Shown piece by piece: positions 8,521-15,951 of a stretch of DNA of 64,000 bases. The notes under the pieces were generated by a model, which searched no databases, was not told where the DNA came from, and saw only the letters and a list, made by a program, of their open reading frames with translations. Every line of letters begins with the position of its first letter. Position 1 is the first letter of the stretch. A program made the position numbers and the translations under genes. This stretch comes from Desulfatiglandales bacterium (GTDB lineage: Bacteria > Desulfobacterota > DSM-4660 > Desulfatiglandales > Desulfatiglandaceae). The stretch is from positions 6,368,001-6,432,000 of the forward strand of contig OY759599.1 in NCBI GenBank assembly GCA_963662465.1, given 5' to 3'.

Positions 8521-10602
8521 ATGAGCAATAAAATCAATGCTGAACATATTAGTCGGGAAGCATGTATATATATCCGTCAGTCAACACCGGGCCAAGTTCT
8601 ACAGCATCGTGAAAGCCAACTTTTACAATATGGCTTGGTAGAAAGGGCAAAAGAATTAGGATGGAACGAGAAAAACATATGGATGATAGATAGTGATTTG
8701 GGAATAACTGCATCGGGATGCGTTGACAGAAAAGGATTCCAGAATCTTCTTTCATCTGTGTGTGAAGGAAGAATAGGGGGTATTTTCTCGATTGAATCAT
8801 CGAGGTTGGCCCGCAACGGTCGAGAGTGGCATACGTTGCTTGAGATCTGTGCACTTAAAAAAACGGTTCTTGTAGATCAAGGAGCTGTTTATGACCTAAA
8901 CGTGTCAAATGATCGTTTGCTCCTGGGCTTAAAGGGAGAAATGAGTGCAATGGAATTGAGCCTATTAAAGGAGCGTTCTCAGGCGGCAATACAACAAAAA
9001 GCGAAGCGGGGAGAATTATATCTTACTGTACCGGCAGCCTATATAAAGACTAGGGATAATAAGCTGAAAAAGAATCCTGACAAACGAATTCAAGAAGTCA
9101 TTGATTTGGTATTCACGAAATTCAAGGAATATGGTACTCTTCGTCGGGTGTATCATTGGTTTTTAGATGAACAGATTGAGATTGCTGTTGTTTCCAGCGG
9201 TAAAGGGGAACGTAGGATAGAGTGGAAACTACCGTCTGCTCATACCTTGTCGCATATAGTGAACAACCCAATTTACGCCGGCGCCTACGTCTATGGCCGG
9301 ACTAAAACAGAGGTAACTTTTGAAAATGGGCGCAAGCGACTGAGGAAGGGTATTCGTAAGGAACAAAAGGATTGGGACGTTTTAATATTGGATCACCATG
9401 AAGGTTACATCACATGGGAAGAGTACCAGTATAACATGGAGATACTAACTCAAAATACAAATAAGAAAAGGCCGGTGGTGAGAGGAGCTGTTCGCGGAGG
9501 AAAGGCATTGCTTGGAGGTTTGTTAAGATGCGGTCATTGCGGTAGAAAGTTAATTGTACGATACCAAGGCCGTAATGGAACTCATAAACGTTATGAGTGT
9601 AGCCGCAAACGAGGTAACGAGACAGGAAAGGCGTGTATATCATTTGGTGGATTCCGTGTTGGCCGGGCTGTTACGGATTTTCTTTTGAAAGTATTATCAC
9701 CGATAGGATTAGAAGCTTCTTTAGAGGCGATAAAGAAAATCAACCATGAATCGGATTCAGTGAAACGGCAACGGGAACTGGAGTTGGAACAAGCGCGTTA
9801 TGAAGCTTTACGGGCAAAACGTCAATACAATGCAGTAGACCCTGATAATCGTTTGGTAGCATCTACATTGGAGAAGGATTGGAATGACGCTCTTGTTAAG
9901 GTAGCAAGATTGGAGAATGAGGTTGACGCCATGGGATCGAACACCCCTTCGCTTTCCCCTGAGGAGGAGACTGAGATCAGAGATCTATCAAAAGATTTAC
10001 CTCGTGTATGGAATGATCCGTTTTGCTCTTTGGATTTAAAGAAGCGTATAATCCGGACGGTTATCAAAGAGATCGTTGTTTATTTGGAAGATCAAAAGAT
10101 CAAATTAATCATTCACTGGGAAGGGGGTGAGCATACGGAATTGGAGGTATTGAAGAATAAGTCTTCCAGTTACCCATTGAAAACCGATGTTGATACAAAA
10201 AAGATAATATCCGATTTGGCTAGAATTATGCCTGATAAACACATCGTGGCCTTTCTCAACCGTGTGGGTACAAAGACTACAAAGGGATATACCTGGAATC
10301 CGGTAAGGTTGCGTTCATTTCGAAATAGGCATAATATCCCTGTATATCATGAAGGAGAGAGGCAGCGACGAGAAGAATATACGGTAGCTGAAGCAAGCGA
10401 AAGGCTGGGTATTGGCAGCACCAAAGTTTGGAGACTTATACAACATGAGATTCTACCCGCCAAGCGAGTATGTTCCGGTGCTCCATGGATCATTTCAAAA
10501 AAGGACCTTGAATCTGAAGTGATAAAAAAGGCAGCTCATTCCGGGCTTCCAAAGAGCCCGCTTTCAAGAAACTCAAAACAACAAGTCTTTAATTTTCAAT
10601 AA
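8521..10602 (+). CDS. Large serine recombinase (resolvase, recombinase, Zn ribbon, coiled coil, C-terminal HTH)
   Basis: YIRQST catalytic Ser, SRLARN, NPIYAG, LLRCGHCG, TVAEASERLGIG. Confidence 0.92.
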   Translation: MSNKINAEHISREACIYIRQSTPGQVLQHRESQLLQYGLVERAKELGWNEKNIWMIDSDLGITASGCVDRKGFQNLLSSVCEGRIGGIFSIESSRLARNGREWHTLLEICALKKTVLVDQGAVYDLNVSNDRLLLGLKGEMSAMELSLLKERSQAAIQQKAKRGELYLTVPAAYIKTRDNKLKKNPDKRIQEVIDLVFTKFKEYGTLRRVYHWFLDEQIEIAVVSSGKGERRIEWKLPSAHTLSHIVNNPIYAGAYVYGRTKTEVTFENGRKRLRKGIRKEQKDWDVLILDHHEGYITWEEYQYNMEILTQNTNKKRPVVRGAVRGGKALLGGLLRCGHCGRKLIVRYQGRNGTHKRYECSRKRGNETGKACISFGGFRVGRAVTDFLLKVLSPIGLEASLEAIKKINHESDSVKRQRELELEQARYEALRAKRQYNAVDPDNRLVASTLEKDWNDALVKVARLENEVDAMGSNTPSLSPEEETEIRDLSKDLPRVWNDPFCSLDLKKRIIRTVIKEIVVYLEDQKIKLIIHWEGGEHTELEVLKNKSSSYPLKTDVDTKKIISDLARIMPDKHIVAFLNRVGTKTTKGYTWNPVRLRSFRNRHNIPVYHEGERQRREEYTVAEASERLGIGSTKVWRLIQHEILPAKRVCSGAPWIISKKDLESEVIKKAAHSGLPKSPLSRNSKQQVFNFQ

Positions 10603-11417
10603 CGTACGGAGGTGTGTATTATGCCGCTATTACCCTCAGAACCACGCATGAGACTTTCACCTCACGTGGCTCAAGCCCCCGAAAAGGTTTCCCTGGTTGG
10701 GATTCCCGCGGATTTGCATCTGCTTCACGTTACAAGCCGGCTGTCAGAGTAGCCAAAGGCGCGCGGGGCGCACCAGCCTCAAGGGCCGTCATTCGCCCGT
10801 TTCACTGGCTGCTTTCCCCGCTTTCATCTGATTCCTCCGGTGTTCACGTGATCGGGCACCGCGCTGAACGTCTGCCTCCTTACGGAGCCGGGAATATTTC
10901 ACCCGGTATCCGGACCATTACAGCCCGGCATTCGCTTTTTTCAGCCTCCTACTCCGGCCCGCCAACAGCATGCCTTACGGTTAGCCTGCCCCCAAAGGGG
11001 GCGACGGGACCGGGTTTCCACGTTCCGCATAGTTGATCCTGTGGATGACTTAGGTGCGCCCTGTACGCCGGTGGTACGACAGTTCCGTGCAGGCAGTTAG
11101 CAGACCTGCAACTTGACCACATCCGCTGACACTGGGCAGCGGCATAAGACCTGTTAATCCTCGTAGGCCCTTCGCTTGTAATCGACGCTGTAGACATTCA
11201 GATATCTTCACCATATCATCCGACCCTGGCCCTTAACCGGGGAGGATTCCCGGAGGGGTTCTCCTGTCGCCATTTGAACCCGATTCGGTACGTTGTCCGC
11301 AGGGCTTCACACCCCGTCATCAGCGCAACGGCAGCATGCCTGCGTAGGGTCCGGTAGGAACATGCCGGGTATTATAACTACTTGAATACACTCAAACTAT
11401 GCGACATCGTGTCGCAA

Positions 11418-11444
11418 GAGAACGACAAGCTCACCAGCGCCTCC
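11418..11444 (-). other. Half attC site (R' side only), duplicate of part of the attC at 12025
   Basis: GAGAACGACAAGCTCACCAGCGCCTCC repeats 12026-12054 apart from a 2-nt indel. Confidence 0.6.
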
Positions 11445-11445
11445 T

Positions 11446-11694
11446 CTAGCATGCCTCAACCCCCGATTGCCGAACAGCGTGCAATGCGTGTTCCACTTCC
11501 TGTGGAAAGGCCACTACTATGAAGCAGCTGTTATGATATAGATAATCCTCTCCACTTTCATCGACAACCCTTAAGAGATCGTCTTTATTACCCATCTCAT
11601 CCGGAATGATTTCATATATCTTTCTCAAGATCAGAGAGGCTTCATAATCCGTGTTGTCGACGCAGATTGCAAAATGCTTTTTGTACTCATTCAT
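11446..11694 (-). CDS. Hypothetical protein, putative antitoxin of a two-gene module
   Basis: FAICVDNTDYEASL...LRVVDESGEDYLY; ATG at 11694. Confidence 0.65.
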   Translation of the reverse strand: MNEYKKHFAICVDNTDYEASLILRKIYEIIPDEMGNKDDLLRVVDESGEDYLYHNSCFIVVAFPQEVEHALHAVRQSGVEAC

Positions 11695-11698
11695 TTTC

Positions 11699-11932
11699 TC
11701 ATTCCAAATAACGTTTGATTTTAATGTCTTTGCGGCCAACCCCATGAGCTTCGCACCAGTGTAACTCAACCCATCTGATGTTTTCATTGGGAAGTCTAAT
11801 ATGGGCTTTCCCCTTGAGTTTCCTCCATCGCCCAGAACCATAGATCTTTTTAAGATATGCTAAATCACGAATGCTGGTTCCGACCGCGATAATTTTGATT
11901 TCATCGATTTGGCCAATAATCTCAAATTTCAA
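11699..11932 (-). CDS. Hypothetical basic protein, putative toxin of a two-gene module
   Basis: IAVGTSIR...YGSGRWRKLKG...ELHW.EAHG.G. Confidence 0.65.
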   Translation of the reverse strand: MKFEIIGQIDEIKIIAVGTSIRDLAYLKKIYGSGRWRKLKGKAHIRLPNENIRWVELHWCEAHGVGRKDIKIKRYLE

Positions 11933-12024
11933 TCTATTCCTCCCTGGGAACCTCCTTGTTCCTAGATGGAAACGTCATTCCTGGTGCGGTTTGCTACCCA
12001 TAATTGACTGTTTTTTCAGGGGCG

Positions 12025-12112
12025 CGAGAACACGACAAGCTCACCAGCGCCTCCACCGGTCCCCGCCAGGACCGCAGGATTTTCAGGCGTCTGGTGCAAC
12101 GTTTGGTTGGCA
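12025..12112 (-). other. attC site
   Basis: Top strand TGCCAAC...CACCAGACGCCT...AGGCGCTGGTG...GTTCTCG; follows the vapC stop. Confidence 0.75.
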
Positions 12113-12118
12113 TTATTC

Positions 12119-12541
12119 CTACTTCAATAATCGTACAAATCCAGCTTGCTCAAAATGATGATCCGTCGTGAATCCATGACTGAGTTGGCGCTCTTTTATG
12201 ACTACAAAGCTTGAGCAGTCAACCAAACTCCACATTTTATCATCTCGTTCCTTTAGAAATTGCCAAGTTTTATCATCTAACTTCTTGTCAATATGGATGA
12301 TTTCGATCCAATCAACAGCCTTGATTGTCTCAATCGCTTGGATTTGCTTCGGACGTGGTATTCTGAGCGGACTTATGAACAAAGCGACAAGCTCCGAAAG
12401 AATATAATTTGTTGTGATGACACGGATTTGATCTTTATACCATTGCTGCATCAACCCCTTGGCATCTTGATGAAACGGCTCAGTTCGGACAAAATAATTG
12501 GCCCAACCGGAAGTATCAGCGAAAATCTCATTCATGTGCAT
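12119..12541 (-). CDS. vapC: PIN-domain VapC toxin
   Basis: IFADTSGW, TTNYILSE, SLVDCSSF, TTDHHFEQAGF. Confidence 0.9.
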   Translation of the reverse strand: MHMNEIFADTSGWANYFVRTEPFHQDAKGLMQQWYKDQIRVITTNYILSELVALFISPLRIPRPKQIQAIETIKAVDWIEIIHIDKKLDDKTWQFLKERDDKMWSLVDCSSFVVIKERQLSHGFTTDHHFEQAGFVRLLK

Positions 12542-12767
12542 TTCTCAATTCTTGTCCAAGATAAAAGTCATGATTTGAGCTAATATCTTTGATATCAGAA
12601 GAAAAAGCCCCTGCCAATTTTAATAAAGGATCATCCCGCTCATCCTTTACTACATCTCCCAGCCATTCAATTAATATCTGGTCGAGAGTTTTTCCACACT
12701 TATCAGCCTTTTTTAGTAAAGGTCGATAAATTTGATCGGGAATTTCTAACGTTAATGTGGTTGACAT
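12528..12767 (-). CDS. Antitoxin (RHH-like) upstream of vapC
   Basis: LTLEIPD...DPLLKLAG...HDFYLG; overlaps vapC. Confidence 0.75.
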   Translation of the reverse strand: MSTTLTLEIPDQIYRPLLKKADKCGKTLDQILIEWLGDVVKDERDDPLLKLAGAFSSDIKDISSNHDFYLGQELRNAHE

Positions 12768-12904
12768 TTCAGCCTCCTATTTACCGGATTAAAACCATCT
12801 TCTTAGTTTCGATCTGATCTCCAACATTCAGTTGATAGAAGTAGACCCCGCTGCCGACGTTTACTTCCCTTACTATCTTTACCTTCCATGAGATGGTATG
12901 TTTG

Positions 12905-12966
12905 TGCTAATGTCCTGCTAATCAGCCGCGCGGCTTTTTGCGTCGGCTGCATTAGCCTTGTTGGGC
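12905..12966 (-). other. attC site (R' degenerate)
   Basis: Top strand GCCCAACAAGGCTAATGCAGCCGACGCAAAAAGCCGCGCGGCTGATTAGCAGGACATTAGCA. Confidence 0.75.
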
Positions 12967-13017
12967 TTTTTTGTTCATTAGAGTCAATTGCGAGTATTTT
13001 CCTGATTAAGAATATTA

Positions 13018-13470
13018 TCACTTACATTGAATAAGATCTTGGTATTTATCGAAATGTAAAAGATGGTAAGTTCCTGTAGCTTTTGAGCATACATTACCCT
13101 CACTGTTTGTGAGTATTGCTTGCATATGTATTTTGGGCCCTTCCTTTGATGTTACCCGACATGTAACATTTAATTTATTTCTATTTATATATGTTGGGTG
13201 TAAAAAATCGATGTTAAGATTAGATGTGACTGCCATTTCTTGTGTAAAAACATAGCTTGTCCACCCCATTATTTCATCAAGGAGACCCATTTGAATTGCC
13301 CCATGGAGTATGTCGCCTTGGCCAACGAAATGCTGAGCAGGTAAATATTCTGTATATGTTTCTTCCTTTTCTTTATCCCAATAAAATTTAAGCTTTAGCC
13401 CCTCATTGTTTTCGCTTCCACAAAAGAAACAATTATTGTCAGAATAGGGATTCTGTATTTCTTCTTTCAT
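13018..13470 (-). CDS. PaaI-family hotdog thioesterase (cassette)
   Basis: CFFCG..N..GLKL, HGAI..GLLDEIMG. Confidence 0.85.
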   Translation of the reverse strand: MKEEIQNPYSDNNCFFCGSENNEGLKLKFYWDKEKEETYTEYLPAQHFVGQGDILHGAIQMGLLDEIMGWTSYVFTQEMAVTSNLNIDFLHPTYINRNKLNVTCRVTSKEGPKIHMQAILTNSEGNVCSKATGTYHLLHFDKYQDLIQCK

Positions 13471-13511
13471 TAAATGGTCTCCATATAGTGAGTAATGGGC
13501 TGTTTACTGAA

Positions 13512-13560
13512 GCCCAACGTGAAAATCACCGGTTTTATCCGGTGCATTTTCTGGTTAGAA
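13512..13560 (-). other. Short attC site
   Basis: Top strand TTCTAACCAGAAAATGCACCGGATAAAACCGGTGATTTTCACGTTGGGC. Confidence 0.75.
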
Positions 13561-13830
13561 ATTTAGTTTCGTGTTCAAAAATTTCTATATCGATCTTTTT
13601 AGCCCCAAAAATGTGAATATAGACCCGTTTTTAGGCCCTTCTTCGCTTTAACCATCTTGATTTATGGCGTTTTGCTTGGCCCGACCCCAGTTCCCACACC
13701 GATACGTGCCCACGACTTGTTCGGAGGGGACCACAGATCCGCAATTTCCTTCGCCTGATAGTCCCATTCGGACTCAATTTGCTCATCGTCTGTGGCTTCC
13801 GGCACTCGGCCGCTTTCCTTTCTCTATCCG

Positions 13831-14172
13831 CTACTTTACCAGACAGACGACGTAACCAGTCAACAGAATGAGGGGGATTATCCAGCAAAGCACCACCGGA
13901 CGTCTTCGTGCTGAGATGATTCCGCTGATAATGGATGTGAAAAGGAAAACAATGGTCACAAGTACGCACAGCCCCCCAATCGTTGCATAGGGCTCATCGA
14001 AAGTGAACGCGATCCACGAATCACGACAACCAGCGCATAGCGAAGCTATGCCCGTGAGAAGGAACAGAAGGGTCGCGAGAAATGACCAAAGCGAGATTCG
14101 CGCAGATCGTTCCCACTTCGGGCTGTTAGAAGACTCAACTCCCATATCGGCGATGTCTATGCTCTCTTTCAT
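13831..14172 (-). CDS. Small membrane protein (cassette)
   Basis: Three hydrophobic segments; starts just after an attC R'. Confidence 0.6.
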   Translation of the reverse strand: MKESIDIADMGVESSNSPKWERSARISLWSFLATLLFLLTGIASLCAGCRDSWIAFTFDEPYATIGGLCVLVTIVFLFTSIISGIISARRRPVVLCWIIPLILLTGYVVCLVK

Positions 14173-14190
14173 GCTCTTGCTTCGTCTCCA

Positions 14191-14246
14191 GCAGAACGTT
14201 TGAGTCAGGGGCGGAGGTTGTTTGCCGTCGCCTGCACTGGCTTGTT
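14191..14246 (-). other. attC site, with R'' interrupted by intron C
   Basis: After intron removal: GGCCAAC AAGCCAGTGCAGGCGACGGCAAACAACCTCCGCCCCTGACTCAAAC GTTCTGC. Confidence 0.75.
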
Positions 14247-14658
14247 GTGTGCCGGGCACGGCACGTGTTCTTAAGGATGCGCCTAATATATCATAGTTCC
14301 GATATGTTAGGCAAGTCCCAGACCCAGCCAGGTAGTGGCGAAGGGTATAGCGGTATCACAACCGGGTATCCGGTAACGGTGCCTGGGAAGGCAGTGACCT
14401 TGCTTCGGCAGGGTACCGCGAACGCACGGGGCGACAACAGAAATCGGGTTAGGCGGGTCTGGTGGGACGAGTCCGTAACACAGGACAAAGTCCTAATATG
14501 GGAGTAGCTGAAAGGTCGATAACGTCGCATTCTGGAAAACCCGGTAGGGCGGAACCTGTTTTATCCGTGCCTGCGCTGACCAGCCGAATCGTCGTATACG
14601 GACCCATATGTACGGTGGTGTGGGAGGGGGGAGCTGTGAGGCTCCTCCCTATCCCTAT
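14247..14658 (+). mobile_element. ORF-less group IIC (attC-targeting) intron C, 412 nt
   Basis: 5' GTGTGCCGGGCACGGC after TTGTT; IIC-type DV GAATCGTCGTATACGGACCCATATGTACGGTGGTG; DVI ending CTATCCCTAT. Confidence 0.8.
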
Positions 14659-14830
14659 GGCCGTATATAATTCCGTTAATCGCACTGAATTAAAGAGCAT
14701 ATGGCGTGGCGCCTTGAACCATAGGGAAAAATAGTTTTGCACAACTCCTCTTTGAAAATGATTTTTTCCTTATTAGTTTTTTCATTACTAAAGAAATACA
14801 CTGAAGGTCTGGTTTCCAATTCAAATATTT

Positions 14831-14950
14831 TCACGAAATGTCAAATATTGTGAGGTTTTCTATTCGCTCAAAATGCTTTACATTCAACTTCTTTTTCCGA
14901 AGAAAATCAATAATGATAGAAGTATCTGCTAAAATTCTTGTATCGGCCAT
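14831..14950 (-). pseudogene. VapC PIN toxin with internal deletion (39 aa)
   Basis: ILADTSIIIDFLRKK joined directly to LNVKHFERIENL; degraded antitoxin-like sequence upstream. Confidence 0.65.
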
Positions 14951-15182
14951 GACTTCATCCTAATGTCTTCTTCTGAAATTTTCCATTGAGAAACAGATAA
15001 GAAATCGTTCTTCCAATCATCATTTTTGTCTATAGGGGGTATTTCTTTATATGGAATTACAATGACTTCAACTTCTTTTGCATAGAAACTGTCTGTAAGA
15101 TCAATCTTGCACTATACAAGTCCAAATTTATAGCCAAAGTTTTGATTGCCTGAACAGGGAACCTTAATGCGCTGCTTTCATC

Positions 15183-15251
15183 AAGAAACGATAAGATCCG
15201 GAGCAGTAATCGCGGAGCAATTAAGTGGTTTCCTGCATTGTTTTGTTACCC
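15183..15251 (-). other. Degenerate attC site
   Basis: GGGTAAC AAAACAATGCAGG...CCGGATCTTATC GTTTCTT after the stop at 15258. Confidence 0.45.
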
Positions 15252-15257
15252 ATCCTT

Positions 15258-15524
15258 CTACATCAGACGAAAACTATTGCCTTTGGCGAAAGAAATAAAC
15301 CCCTTAATTTGCTTTAAGATTTCCCATGGATCAAATTCCGGCATAGAATGAACCGAAAATACCTCCTGCAAGTCACTTTGGAGCGGGAGATAAACATCTT
15401 CCACTCGGTATTCATAGGCTTTGTCATTTATGGCATCGCATAAGGCTTCAATTAGAGATTTTGCATCTTGCTCAGATTGATATAATCCCGTCACCAGGCG
15501 GCTAACGGATAGTGCTTCATCCAT
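15258..15524 (-). CDS. Hypothetical cassette protein
   Basis: 88-aa ORF followed by an attC-like site. Confidence 0.5.
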   Translation of the reverse strand: MDEALSVSRLVTGLYQSEQDAKSLIEALCDAINDKAYEYRVEDVYLPLQSDLQEVFSVHSMPEFDPWEILKQIKGFISFAKGNSFRLM

Positions 15525-15951
15525 CGCTCCGTCGATGTAAAAAGGGCCGAGTTTGTTTAATCACAACATCTTGCGGTTGGCCCATCCGGCCGCATAAGAA
15601 GTTTGCTTGCATCAATCCGCACCTCAACGGCGCCACAATCGTGCGAAGCTGACGGATTAATCATCCACTATTTACCCCGTAAAATCCAGTGAATATTCCA
15701 TAAAGTATTCTTGTGCGCAGCTTCCACTCTCTTTATTCCAATCTATTGACAATATAGAAACAATTCCAGAAAAACTTCAACCAAAAAAGACCAATTGCCG
15801 TAATCCTCACTTCAATCCCGTGGAAGATATTTGCATCCGAGACTCAAATAAATTACAATTAAAACATATGTTGATAAAAATCACCCACCACCAGCACTGG
15901 TGGTTTAATGCAACGCAATTATTTGGTTAGCCAAAACGGAAAATTATTTAA

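Larger units (their letters stand above)
7466..10645 (+). mobile_element. Large serine recombinase integrative element bounded by 13-bp direct repeats CCCTCAGAACCAC
   Basis: Identical 13-mers at 7466-7478 and 10633-10645; removal restores contiguous intron DV-DVI. Confidence 0.9.
7431..11417 (-). mobile_element. Group II intron B, ORF-less (~820 nt once the LSR element is removed), interrupted at domain V
   Basis: 5' TTGCGACACGATGTCGCA at 11417; DV GAGCCACGTGAGGTGAAAGTCTCATGCGTGGTTC at 10672-10639; DVI and 3' end ...CCCCCGGCTACCCGGC at 7465-7431. Confidence 0.8.

Noticed and set aside
10614..11197. ORFs 10614-11036 and 10949-11197, and similar ORFs at 6626-7143 and 14247-14734
   Set aside because: They are chance frames over group II intron RNA; no RT motifs such as YADD.
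12803..13021. 72-aa ORF
   Set aside because: It is a read-through translation of an attC site and spacer.
15560..15950. Expected position of intI/attI
   Set aside because: No tyrosine recombinase ORF or recognisable remnant was found.
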